From contig JAYWIR010000044.1 in the NCBI GenBank assembly GCA_036172245.1, forward strand, positions 434,001-498,000: 64,000 nucleotides of DNA, written 5' to 3'. The stretch comes from Raillietiella orientalis. Lineage: Eukaryota. How positions within the stretch are numbered: the first letter of the stretch is position 1; every line of letters begins with the position of its first letter. This document shows, one piece after another, positions 25,256 through 37,760 of this stretch. The notes under the pieces were generated by a model. That model did no database searches. It was given only the letters and a program-made list of their open reading frames with translations, and was not told the origin of the DNA. The position numbers and the translations under genes were made by a program.

Positions 25256-26099
25256 CATCCGAAGCCAATAGTAACGATCCTCTCGTAAGTTGGCTACTGG
25301 TCTTTTTTTTCAAAAGAAAGCAAAGAAAAAATGCCACGGTAGAGCTGGCTGCTGGAGCAAACCAACTCTTTCTTGATGCACTTGCTATGTCTTTTTTCAA
25401 CATCGCACGGTTCTTTAGGATTCAGCGTCGTCTAGGATCCCACAACGAGTGCTCTTCTTGACGCAGGGCGCTCTTTCGACCGAGAATATGTGCGGCAGTT
25501 CCGTAGTCTCTTCCTTTCCTTTGCCTAAACCCTTGCAAGGTCCCTGGAGATGTTTGAAAGGAAGCAAGGCACACCCAGGATGGCAACTCGTTCCTATTCT
25601 GGAGGCAGTAAGCTTCTAGCTGAGCGATAGGAATCGACGTCGAACTTGTTCTGCAGGCCACAAAAATGTTTGTATGTGTAGGAAAAAGGACGTCTGAAGT
25701 GGAAAACGCGCTGTTTCGCGTGGAAAAAAGATTGGCAATCCAAGGAAAAGATACCATCGTTAAACTGTTGAGGTAGGAAAGAGGAGGGAAGCACCCTAGA
25801 TTGCTGTGCTGTAGAAAAGGTGAGCTATAGAGCGATCTTTGCTCAGTTGCCAATCGTTTCCATTCCTCAAATTGAACTCATTAATATTTCGTGACCGTGG
25901 CGCTTGTTGAAATTTCTTTACCTTCTGTCCACCACGAGGTCCCTTTGAACAACCTTTGGATGAGCTCTTCCGCCCGTTGTCTGCATCGTTCCCGGCGTGT
26001 ACAGCTCGTCCGGACAGAAATTTCTCTTTCCATCTACAGGTTCTCCGTCCTTGCACTCGTGGGGTGCTCTTCGCAGACGCTGGAAACGCCTTTGAGTGA

Positions 26100-26340
26100 G
26101 GAACCATAGAATGTGCGGCAGCTGCCCGGTGCGACATCTACTTGGGGATTGCTCGCAGTGGGGGTTACAAAGCTACGAAGAAGAAGCAGCCACGGACCAG
26201 GATATGTTTGCAGGCCAGTGGATCCAATCGAGGCTGCTGATGAGCCGACCGTTTCGACCGCCGGAATCAATCATCGTGAGAAAGGCCACGACCACTCTTA
26301 CGTTCACCATCGAAGATCTCGACCCGAACGAAAGATGAAA
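26100..26340 (+). mobile_element. Possible L1 ORF1 relic
   Basis: SYEEEAATDQDMFAGQWIQSRLLMSRPFRP resembles F..EED...VL..GPW.....L...PW.P. Confidence 0.3.
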
Positions 26341-26379
26341 AGCGGAAAGTTCTGAGCAAACAGTAGCTTCAACGTTAGC

Positions 26380-26523
26380 GGATAATGAAAACAGGAGGTG
26401 TTAAACAAAAAAGTGGGGATTCCTCGACACATACCTCTGGCCAACTAGAGGATAATGAAAACAGGAGGTGTTAAACAAAAAAGTGGGGATTCCTCGACAC
26501 ATACCTCTGGCCAACTAGAGGAT
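26380..26523. repeat. Perfect 70-bp tandem duplication
   Basis: 26380-26449 equals 26450-26519, followed by GGAT again. Confidence 0.98.
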
Positions 26524-27239
26524 TAAGTGGTGCTCCACTATCAGGCACTCGCAGTGCCGAAGCAAATGTTTTCAGAGTGCGATTCGTTCGCGGTCACGGA
26601 GAAGTGGCCGTTCTTGCGGTGACTGCTTGTTTGTCCAAGACACGGAAAGGGAAAGCGAGATTCAATCCAGTTCCTCACTCCTGTGGATTGTGCCTTTTCC
26701 TTGCTCCACAAATCCCCGTGGCTAGTCGCCATCGACTTTGCCCTTGGGCACCCTCACCGAGCGCCCAGTAGCCGAGGTGCTGCTTATTGAAGCGAGATCT
26801 TTGTAGGGGCTTGGGCTCACCAACTGGTTTGGAATTCGTCTTTTCGTCGTTTCGTCCAGCAGCGGGGTTGGCCGCGTTACTGTTCCAAGTCTGCTAGCCC
26901 GAGTCGCTTCATTGCGCCGGTGAGAATGGGTTCTGGGGTGGGGGAGAATTGTGGAGGTTCGCCTTCTGAGGTTCCAGTGGGTGTCGCAGCTGCTGGAAAT
27001 CATGCTGAGCTGGCTCGCGGGATATCGTGCACGAAGTCGTTTCTCATAGACCGTCCTGACGACTAGTCTCAGCTGGTCGCCTCGCCGCCTGCTGCGATCT
27101 CCGCCGTGCAACTTCGAATTCGAGCTCATTCGGTTTGTTCTGAAAGTTGCCTGGTTTGATCGCAGGCACCTTCTCAGCCCTGGAGACCCTGCGTCATTCG
27201 GAGCAAGTCTCCCTTAAGTGGCACAGTGGCGGCACCTTA

Positions 27240-27600
27240 CACTGGAAGAGCCTCACGTGGAACGTGTTTCCGAATCGACTCTCCCGAAGAATACAGGAAT
27301 TTCTGGAATGTTGTCGCGTTCCGGAAATCTTGGGAAATTCAATTTTGACTTGGACTCCTAAGGAGTCCTCAAAGTCACCGATTCGGCGTAAGTCGGGATT
27401 AGGCAGTTTGAAGATCGGATAACTCGAGCTGCGGAGATCTCAGGTAAGACCTTGCTCTGCGTGTTCAGCCTCCACCCGATGCTTCCGAACTGCAGCTAAC
27501 CGGGCCGGCAGATGAATACTCTTGCAGTGGTCCTACATGGAACGGCTGACTAAGCGGCGAAATCCTTTGTGGTTTCGAACGATCTCCAGGAGTGTAAGCT
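27240..27600 (+). mobile_element. Possible LINE endonuclease N-half relic
   Basis: SLTWNV...RRIQEFLECCRVPEIL resembles the WNV.G......P.I..LQE start of L1 ORF2. Confidence 0.3.
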
Positions 27601-27949
27601 TCTATTTGGAGAAGAAACTCCCAGCGTCTCTCGTAAACGCTTGCTCCTCCTGCCGAAAACCCCTTCTGCCGTCCAAAAGGATCCCAGCAGTGCTGTCGTG
27701 CCAGAAGATGAAGGGTGTAGAAGGAGAAAATTTTCTTCGACGCAGCCACTTGGTGAGAGTCCAAAAGAAAGGAGGACTCAGTCACATCGGGTAAAGCGAA
27801 TGACAAGCGTCGACACGAAATGACCTCGACTTACCTCCGAAATTGAAGCAGAAGGTGCTCCTTCGGAGGATGGTGGTGGAGCGACGTAGACCTGTCGTCG
27901 ACGCGGTGGCATGTGCCAACGGAACGAGCCTTCACGAAGAACGTAGACA

Positions 27950-28670
27950 GAAGGATTTTCCGGAAGCAGCACGAATGTTTCGTGGCATGGACTGTCGAAC
28001 TGAGGCTGGATGTGCGACTGCGTCACCGGCACGTGATGAACCAGTGCCAGCATCCAGAAGGAATAAAGTGCAATCAATGCCTCGATCTACTGAGAGCTTA
28101 CTATGATGGGTTCCGGCTGACCCACTGGCTGCAGAAAAGTCTTAAAGACTGGAACATCGAAAGCTGCACTCTCGCACAGAGCATTCCAGATTCACTCTCG
28201 AGTTGTTATCGATGGAACTTCCAGACAAGTTAGGAGGAATGGTTAAGCTGAGCGCACATGATTCCGATGCTCAGAGTGGTCATCTTCAAGATTCTTCGAT
28301 GTGAGGGTGGTGAGAATTGAAGAACGTTTAACCACTGTCACTAAAACCTTCAGATTTGTCGTCAGAAAAGAAAAAACTGGCAGCACCCACCCATGATTGC
28401 TGCCATGATTTTAACGAGTACCATGCTGTGCCAGATTCAAGGATGCGAACAAGAAATCCTCCTTGGGCACATGGTAAGGTCGATGTGATGAACTAGACAG
28501 AGTCTGCTCTTGAAGCTCTTACAAGAGTTGCTTGCTGAAATCCGAATCATCATGGCTGCGGATCGTTAGTCATGCGCTAGGGACGACATGTAACTCAAAA
28601 ATCCCATTGCAGCGAATAATGCAAAATCATTAAGAAACAATCATTGTGGTGGAAGATTCAAGGCTTAGCT
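27950..28670 (+). pseudogene. PPR(-DYW)-like relics
   Basis: EAARMFRGMD (about 27960), AQSGHLQDS (about 28270), KII...IIVVEDSR (about 28625-28665, weakly DYW-like). Confidence 0.3.
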
Positions 28671-30119
28671 GAAGCCGAGTGCTCGCTGTGCAAATCCAAA
28701 CTTCGAGCTCCCTCTATTCCAATTTCATGAAACCACTGAGGTCACGTTGAGAGCGATGGAAACGCAGTTTACCTGCTCAGGAATTCGAGTCTTTCGAGTA
28801 TTCTGAAGAGTATTTTCCAGCTAAGGTGTCCACGGATGGATGGAATCGAAACATGTGGGAACATTATTATCCTACGGAGACAGCGGCAAAATGAACTCCG
28901 TGTACTGAGAACAAAAATTTCGCCTCGTCCAAGAGGAACGCTGGCTTAGCGCTGAGCGTTCATCAGTGAAAAAATCTCCGAGGTGAAACGCACCCCAAAG
29001 AAGAGTCGCAGATCTTTAGATTCAAGTGCAAGAAAGATGGGTACCCCTGGGGAAAAAGGCATGCAGCTTCCCGAGACATCACTGCATTGGTGGATTTCAA
29101 GGACATGCTGCGATGCATCCAGTGGATGATCTGCTTCAAGATCGCTTAGAAATCTCGCTGGATGCATCAAGCGAGAAAAGGACTTCCGACTCCCAGGGTT
29201 GCTCTTTGATTTCATCGGGTCACGACGGAGTAAAGCAAACCAAAAACTGCATGAATGCTTACTCTCTTCCCTATTTAAAGGCGGCACGCCACTCTCTTCC
29301 CTACGAATCACCCACGACCTTGGCTTGTGTAATGATCGCTCTCAACGGGAAGTGAAACGCGGAAGGGGCTCAGCCTCTACCCCGTACCATTTTTCAAGAT
29401 GAAGCATTCTATTAGGATGAAGAGGGCAGTGCACCAGTTCATCTAAGAATAGTGACATGTGCTTCTCAATGAGCTTCATGGTGCAAAACGGAATGAATTA
29501 GCAAAAGGGCAGCCATGACCGTGGAACCCAAAATCTTCGAGCGTGCAGCCGCCCTCGCGAACAAGCGTCCGAAAGTGTTACAGATCTGGGTATGCGTGTG
29601 CGGCATGCGTGGTCCTGTACCCGTCAGCAGTAAACTCGAGGATTCTTCACTTTACGACCCATCGCGCCGGAACAAAACTGAGTCACTGGATAATCACGCA
29701 TTTGATTCCTGGAAACAGGATCCTCCGAAACTCTGCTTGCGTCCATTCTAATTTCTTGATTTATTGATTCAAATGCACACTCTGGAAGTACAGCTCTTGT
29801 ATACACGTCCGCAAAAATTCTTTCAAGAAACGGCAAACTCCCAGCCTCCATAGTAGCACCCGCTTCTGTCTGATGACTGGGTGGATGAGAATGAGCAAAT
29901 GGTCCAGCATGTGCTTTTCCCGCTAATATACCACTCCACTCCAGATCTTAGACTCTTTCGAGATCGCGTAAGCCGAACTCGAAAGCTTTGCTGCCGCCTC
30001 GCAACAAAACCATCTGCTATCATCAGCAACGCTTCCCACGATAATCTATTTCAACATTACAGTTCTCTTCGCCAAAAACTTCCTTGTCATTTCAAGATAG
30101 AATACCAGACTGACCTGGC

Positions 30120-30406
30120 TTTTAGCCAGTTACGCCAGGACATCTATTTAAAAACTGAACCACCAGTCAGAGGGCAACAGTGTCCGCGAATACCAAGGAC
30201 AAAGCGGGAGTTGATCGGAAATGACCACAAGCACGCAGGCTGGCTTCTATGAAAGCAGAGTACGAAGAGAGAGGACAACGAATAAATACAAAAAAGACGG
30301 GAAGGCAGGGACAGGGGTCTTTGGTTTTCTACCTTCCTTCTCTGCAGAAGCACATGTTTGTGGTGGCGACCTCACCCACGACCTTCTCTGGCAGATGAGA
30401 CCACCA
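30120..30406 (-). mobile_element. LINE 3' end (WSHL plus 3' UTR)
   Basis: WSHLPEKV, T-tract, terminal motif 30120-30150; direct homolog of 39390-39677. Confidence 0.75.
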
Positions 30407-30910
30407 GGTGGCTGTCATGCTGGTGGACTTCCTTTGGTGCGAACGAAACACGTGGCGGACTGTCATCATGGCGCGGGCACAGCATCTCGTTGCGATCACA
30501 GCGCCCCAGTGTCGTCGCGGCGAAGTGCGACGCCGAGGGAGGCCATAGCGACGGGGGGGCTGTCCCGCACGCCATCCACTTCCTGCAGATAGCTTTGGGA
30601 TGGCCCCACCTGGAAAGGGAGAAGGAGGAGCTCGCTGGCATGCTTCAACGGATGCAAAGGCCCCCCCACCACGAAATGTGATCCCTTCTCTTCCCCCTAA
30701 CTAATTTTTGTTTTTTTTTTGTTTTTATTGTTTGTTGTAGTTTGCTTCCTTTTTTTCTCTTTTCGTTTCATACCCCCTTCCCCTTCGTGGACGTGGTGGA
30801 CCTCTCCGACTGCCCCTCTTCTTTCAAGTATAACAATGGGATTTGATGGGCCATCGGCCCCATCGATTACTGTAACGGAATAAACGCCCCGGAGTACCCG
30901 GGTGTGAAAT
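30407..30910 (+). mobile_element. LINE 3' end, internally deleted copy of 42623-43655
   Basis: ALGWPHLEREKEELAGMLQRMQ, long T-tract, terminal motif 30879-30910; lacks the zinc-finger segment 43023-43552. Confidence 0.8.
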
Positions 30911-30914
30911 CCCG

Positions 30915-31300
30915 GCGCCATCGTCTTCAGCTTGCCTTGAATGAAGAAGCGCCGCAGCAAGTCGGAAGCGGAAGAGACCTGCTGATGACCGAGGCTGGTC
31001 TCCGCCACAAGTCGCCCAGGAAGTCCAACGGGAGTCGCGGGAACGATTCCATCGCCCCGCACCTGGAACAGTCCGGGGAAGCAACTTCCCCGATAAGCAG
31101 ATGTCTGCGCTGATTGCGTTGGAGTCTTCAGTGTAATAAAACAGTAGAGCATCCCGTTTTCCACTGCAGTGGGAACACGGAGGTGTCCGCACCCAGGGGA
31201 AGGACCGCGTGTTCATCGGGGGACACACCAAGCAGATCACTGCACCTGAGAAGTCCCTTTGCCTGGGGACGAGGAGTGGCGCCACCCACCAACTTGCTCG
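30915..31300 (-). mobile_element. LINE ORF2 C-terminal fragment, tail-to-tail with the preceding copy
   Basis: KGLLRCSDLLGVSPDEHAVLPLGADTSVFPLQW...DLLRRFFIQG. Confidence 0.7.
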
Positions 31301-31619
31301 TCTTGGCAGAACTCCTACCCCACCGGTTGGTTACTGTCATTGTCTGCCCTGAGGGCAAACGATGCTGTGGCAGGGGTGAGACGGCTATCTTGGACCGCTG
31401 AGTCCAATCCTGCATGATATCTCAGCGATTTGCGTAGGACATCCTGCGGAGATCGCGGTTCCTCTGAAAGCACTTTCAAAGTAGCAACCCAGGACTTCAG
31501 AACCTCCTGTCGCCAGGCATTCCAGTTTTTGGAGTGGCAGGAGGTCCAAGTCAGCTCAGCAATGAGGAGGTGTGCCTGAGGAGAAAGCCGAACCCTGACA
31601 TCCTGGGCATGGTCTGCGC

Positions 31620-31930
31620 CGATGTAAACTCACGCAGAACTTCCGACCGCAGGACTTATGATGAGGCTCCTCGCATGCAGTGGACTGACGACAGGGATGC
31701 GACTTGCTGTCGCGTCCGCGCCGTCGTCGGGTGCTCCACGTATTGGAGAAGGAAGGGCAGCGAAGGGAGATTACTTTCATGGCAGGCGCCTACACGAGGA
31801 CGGTTGCTAGGTGGCCTCACCTAGAAGAGCAAGTGAGGGCGGAGATGGCCAGCATCCAGCGTCGGCTCCAGGAGGAAAGAAGGGCCGAAACTGGTGTCCA
31901 CTATCTCTCCCCTCCCCTTTCCTTTACAGT
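31620..31930 (+). mobile_element. LINE ORF2 C-terminus
   Basis: AYTRTVARWPHLEEQVRAEMASIQRRL aligns with AAGWYHLPEEVRNEISGIQRRL (39930 ORF). Confidence 0.65.
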
Positions 31931-34900
31931 GGTACCTCGGTACTCGTCGGTAATTCGTTCCAGAACTCTTGACGAGTGCTGAAACCAACGAGTACCGAGC
32001 GAGATTCTTTCTAGGCTTCGTGGCATCATTTCTAACCATTTTAGAACCCAAGACTAACGCTTAAAATGCACATAAAGTTACAAAAAGGAGCGATTCGGGA
32101 GGCACTTTATGGAAGTGTTTGGCGCTGTTCCCGAGCTGGCATGAGACAAAAGTGTTCACTTGTGTTCCGTCATGAGAGCGGGGTGTCGAGTTCCGAGCAG
32201 GCGCCGACTGTCGAAGCACTTCTCGTCAAAATGCGACGAGAACCGAGTTTGGCGAATTCCGACACCGTCGAGTGCCTAAGTACAATTGTATTTTGTTTCA
32301 CCATCCCTCCTCGTTCTCTCCAGACCTTTCCCGGTTTTTCATTTTCACAAGGAGCGGTACCAGAGACTCGTGCCCATCCCTCCTGTATTTCCATGATTGT
32401 TTGCTGTCCTTTTCCTCCTGTTCCGCACTTTCAGAACCCTCTTTCTGAACTTCCTTTGTCTCCGGTCTCTCTTTCACCCTTCCATGATGAAAGGAATCAA
32501 AGAGTGACTTCTCATGCCTCAATCTGGTGACGTGTTTCCTTTTGATATTGAGCTGAGCGCTTCAAAACAAGGCAGCCTCATCCAATACAGTCTTTCAGTT
32601 GCGCTACCAATTAAACATCTGTTCATTACGCCAGGAAGACCACGAAAGGGATTTCGTTTCCTTCTGAGAGAGTATCAAATGCGTTCATCCTGCAAACAAT
32701 CTGAAACATCATCTCGAGTGCTCCCAGTAGATTGCGCCTCTTGTGCGAAAAATCGTTCGGGATGCACGGATGAAGGACTCCACGAAAGAAAAATCGAATT
32801 TCAGGATTCCCGATTGAAGATAACGATGCTCTCATCTGAAGACACTGTCTACCTCTTACTCTGATTATCCCGGATGCTTTGCTTCTTGCCTTCGGATGCA
32901 TCCTTCCAATGGGTCATGTCGGGCGTTCTCAGAGCTCTGCATCATGGGAGGCCTTTTGCGCAAAGGACTGCATTGGCAAGGACTTGCCTGTCATGTGCAA
33001 GCATCTACGCCTTGTTTCCCTGACGATCAGAGCATTTTCCGGAAGTGAACCAGAGCAGATTCGGGATCGAAAGCTGGAGCCACAAGAGTGCCCTAATCTC
33101 CTCTTTGGGAGGCGCACGCCTTCAAAATGGAGTACCTTTTAGACAACGTAAGAAGCATTCTAAATTTTCTCCCCATCTAACCTAGCCGTGACCTGAATAC
33201 TAGGAAGTTCTCTCAATAAGATGGGAGAAGTTGTGCTTTTTTTTTCCTGATGAAATGAGGCAGGGGCTCTTATCTTCCGTCAGTTGCGATGCCTTCTTCG
33301 AACAGGTTCCTCTGCTTCCTTTTCCCGAGTTCATCTTTCGCCTCCGTTTTGCTTCGCTAGTTCTTAGCTCTCGGCGTTCGCAGTCACCGCCGAAAAAGAC
33401 AAAGAACTTTTGAAGGGAGTACCAGCAGTCCAAGGATCTTCGAAACCAAAGGCTTGACACAGAGAAATGGTACTTACCAACACTGGATTAGCTGGTTGCT
33501 GCAGCTCGTGACTTTTATTTTCAATTCCGTAGTCTTTATGCCCGCAACTTTCACAACAAACTTGTCTGATTCTATGTGGAGTCCTTAGTACGTCTAGGGC
33601 TATGATCCTGTTGTCTTCGGAGGAAAAGCGATCCTTTCGGCTGTGCATTTCCTCCGTCAACACAGAAACCTGAGCTCAGTACGACCAGCAGCGCGTCTGA
33701 CTTTTTGTCTCAAGGTTCCTGGAATTCTCTTTGCACAGAATCTGATTCCTAGTCCACAAATTCACTCTTCTTCGATGTCTTCTTCGATGCTTTCAGTAGG
33801 TTCCGTGGATGTCTTGCCGTCCTTCCGCCAGCGTCGAGGTCGCCGCGTATCGTTCATGTCCCCTCTGGATCAAAGCTGGTCTTCCTTGGCTTACGACCGT
33901 TGTCGGGTATGGTCAGCGACTGGGGTTCGTCGCCGCGGTTCATCTGCCTCTACCTCCCTGCCTGCGGTTGTCTGAAATGCCCCTGGAGCATGCTGTCCTT
34001 CTTGCTCCACTGTTCTTGCGTCTGCCTCTGCGGTTCAATCGGAGGATGTGCCATCCAATCCGTGACTTCGCTAAGGGTTACTGGAGCGGATTAGAGGCAG
34101 AAAACTCTGAATTCGCAATTCTCGTTGCTAAATCCTTATGAGCTGACGCTGGGCATGCTGACGTCGATGGTGAGGCGACAAGCAAGGAGATCATTTTGTC
34201 TTCAAAAGGTGAAGGAAATTTTGAGGCCACCAACGAACGAAGGGAGAGACCTCCTGCAAAGTATGGACGACACCCGATGGCGGACTGGGAAGCACGAAAA
34301 GCGACCGAGAAGGATCCTCGCTTTACCAGGATACGAAGCTGGTCATGAGCGCTGCCAACGGAAGACTGTGGTCTTCTTTTAACTCTACTACAGAATAAAC
34401 CCTAGTAGCTATTGCTGGATGGATGGCCGATAAAGGATGCATCACAAGGGATGGAGTCTGCAATGGAAAACAAAAGCAAGAGGAGCTGCAGTGATGTGAA
34501 GAGAGGGCTGAGAAACAATTGGGATTAAGTAAGCTGATTCAGAGGGAGAAATCATTTTATTTTTGAGGTGAAGAAAGGACAGAGCCTGAAAATTGGTGAG
34601 TGAGCTGCATCCAAATGTATTCTAAGCGGTTCACAGCTGACCTGAACTTTTCGTAGCTCGCCATTGAGATACAATTGGAAGCCAATGCACATTGGAGATC
34701 ATTCTTTCCGGGCGCTCTGAAGATAACCAGATGATCAAAGAGCACCAAGCATCTTTGCATTCATGTAATCAAAAGCAGGAATGATGGATGTTTATTTTTA
34801 TTCACTTTGACTGCGTCCGCAGGGATGCGTGAGGTCTGAATATGCAGCATCTAGAAAGACTTATCCTCTCTTGGCTATAGATTTCGTCGCAAGTCCTCAT

Positions 34901-35389
34901 GCTGTTCATTCAGGAGAGTTTTAAAACTTTGATTCGTGCTTCCCCGAGGAATGCTTCCGCCCGGTACTTTCCTCCAAAGCTGGTCTCTCGGCAGGGTAAT
35001 GACTTCCTTCGACTCTCCTCCCGGGCTTCTGCCGGTGTCCTGGGTCTCCAATGACCATGAATGCCGGTGAGGAGGAAGGCCCCTTCGCTAGCAGTGGGCG
35101 GAAGGAATTCCAGCCGAGGGAAGCCGAGTGCGGACGAAGGCAAAGGTTTTCCTCCTGCTCTCCGGCACTCGAGACGCCTGCAAGTTTCTCGGTCCAGCCA
35201 CCCGAGCGTCAGCCGAATGAAAACGACACCGGGTCGCAGCTTCGCCACGCGGCGGCTTTCACGGATGGGGACCAGTAGCACGCTAAGCATCGCTCACGGT
35301 CCCAATTCCGACTTTCATGCAAATTAAGGACAAGGGCGACAGATATCCACTTTCAGTATCTCAAATAAGCAGCATCCTGAATTTCCAAA

Positions 35390-35600
35390 AAGGAACAACA
35401 GGAGTGACAAAAGAGGCTATTATAGGGTCATCGAGGAAGGGAAAGATTTGTCTCGGTTTATCGACTGGAAGTAAGTGACTTTCTACAGACGATTCCACTC
35501 CGTACCATCCCTTCAATTTGCTACTAAACGGAGCGTAATGGGGAACGCGGTACATTCCGTGTTCAACAGGGGTGGATGAGGGGGATTTATCTTGTGGATG
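35390..35600 (-). mobile_element. Possible Ty3/gypsy RT relic, collapsed
   Basis: TPVEHGMYRV...LLPVDK...PFLDDPIIAS (cf. YLDDILIAS). Confidence 0.35.
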
Positions 35601-36449
35601 TGTTTCGTGGGTGTTGGAGGGAGCGCAAACACCCACCAGGATGCCACTCTTACCATTCGGGTAGTGGTGAAGCAACTTGCATTCCTCATTGGAAATCCGG
35701 TCGCCGAAGAGCTCTGAAACGAGAGAAAGACTCAACAGTCCCACGTCACCAACTTTTTGGATTCCAACGATTTGAGAGGCAGATGATCCTCTTCTCTGTT
35801 TCTTTCAGATAATTTGTCTTGTGGTAGAAAATCCCACTTTCGGCTCGTCGTCCGCGTGCCTAAATTTATGGAATGCCAGCAAGCTTTCAGAATTTCTGTC
35901 CATGGTGTAAATCTTGATGTCATGTGTCTCCCAGAAGCAAACCATCCAAAGGCTGATTTCCTCTGGGAAGTTTAAATTGTCCTCTGTTTGCACATCCCTC
36001 TTTAGCTACTCACATGATCCGAAAGATGCCACATCATTTCCAATTCTTCCTTTACACGTCTCCATTAACAAAGCAGCGACTTGCTTGCTGGCGGAAATTG
36101 ACGGCTGCTTTCGAGTCTTGTTTCTCTGAAGAGAGGAGAACGAAATCCCATCGTAAGGAGAGAACCACTGCAGAGAATTCAACAAGGAGCCGACCAGAAG
36201 CCTTCCGGGTCTTCGAGGTGATCTCCCCGAAATGGTAATGAAGAAGGAAGCACGTGGCGGACGGGAAGCTCAGCGCCGACACTCTCAGCTGCCGCACCCT
36301 GACTCACCACTGGTAAGCGGTTTGGAGGAGACTGGACACTGCCGCGTCGATGAAAGTGTCCAGCCAGGATGGAGTGGGTTCGGCCCATGCCCGACTGGAC
36401 GGGTGCTCTCATGAACACCCAGGAGTCCTGAAAAAATTACAGCTGACCC

Positions 36450-36620
36450 CATGGGTGCAAAACGGCACCAATACCCCTTGTCGACTCACAAGACGATCCC
36501 AAAGAGCGAACAGAGTTCAAACGGAATGCTGAAGAGCGACCACTTGTGTGTACTACGGCGAACACAGAGCATAAGTGGAGAACATAAACTTGTTCGAAGG
36601 TTGTTTAGAAATGGTTGTTC
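36450..36620 (+). pseudogene. PPR-like relic
   Basis: VQNG...RANRV...NGMLKSD...RRLFRN across frames. Confidence 0.3.
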
Positions 36621-36859
36621 GAATTTGAGCCAGCGCTTGCCGATTGGAAACAGTGCGGTACTTCGTCCACACCGAGGCGATAGTTCCATTCTTCTAAGAG
36701 CCCTCAGTGTGCAAGGGGGTTCTTGGTCTCAGTCGTGATAAACGGGCTTGAAATCGACGGCGAACGAAGTATCCGGAGGCTCCGCGACCGACACTCACCT
36801 ATCAGGCACCGACATGCATGCATGGAATTCACAAGATCATGTTCGTAGCATTGCAGTCA

Positions 36860-37760
36860 ACAAGTTCACAGCCAATAAGGATGCCATGAAGTCGAACACA
36901 AGCAGAAAACAAGGTGGAGTTGATGACATGAAGTCGACGGAGGTCGAAAGAGTGAGGTCGACAGCACGACAATCAAGTAAACAGCATCAAGTGGACAACA
37001 TGAATGTCGAAAACATGGAGTTCACAACATGGAAGCGACAAATTGGTAACCACAACATGGAGTCAGAGACAGCGTGAAGCTGACCCTACATGAAGTTCAC
37101 AACATGGTAGCCATAAGATGAAGTCAATCGAGACAGCATGACGCCGACAACATGAAGTAGATAACATGGTGTAGATAACATGAATTTGGCATGTAGTCGA
37201 CAACATGGTAACCACAACATGAAGTCCATTGAGACAGCATGAAGTCACACAACACGGAGTCGATAATATGGATGTGACATCCCGAAGTCGATACATGAAG
37301 TTCACAACATGGTAGCCATAAGATGAAGTCAATCGAGACAGCATGACGCCGACAACATGAAGTAGATAACATGGTGTAGATAACATGAATTTGGCATGTA
37401 GTCGACAACATGGTAACCTCAACATGAAGTCCATTGAGACAGCATGAAGTCACACAACACGGAGTTGATAACATGAATGTGACATGAAGTCAATAACATG
37501 GAGTTCACAACATGGAAGCGACAACTTGGTAACCACAACATGGAGTCAGAGACAGCGTGAAGCTGACCCAACATGAAGTCGATAACATGGTATCCATAAG
37601 ATGAAGTCAATCGAGACAGCATCAAGCCGACAACATGAAGTATATAACATCAATTTGACATGAAGTCGACAACATTGTAATCACAGCGTGAAGTCCATTG
37701 AGACAGCGTGAAATTGACAGCATGGAGGCACACAGAATGGCAGCCACAACATGAAAAGAA
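36860..37760. repeat. ~14-bp-unit minisatellite with higher-order repeats
   Basis: Base unit about CATGAAGTCGACAA. Near-identical 205-bp blocks start at 37089 and 37294; the block at 37014 recurs at 37497 (483-bp offset). Confidence 0.95.

Noticed and set aside
36860..37760. CRISPR array
   Set aside because: Units are degenerate and contiguous with no unique spacers, there are no cas genes, and the context is eukaryotic.
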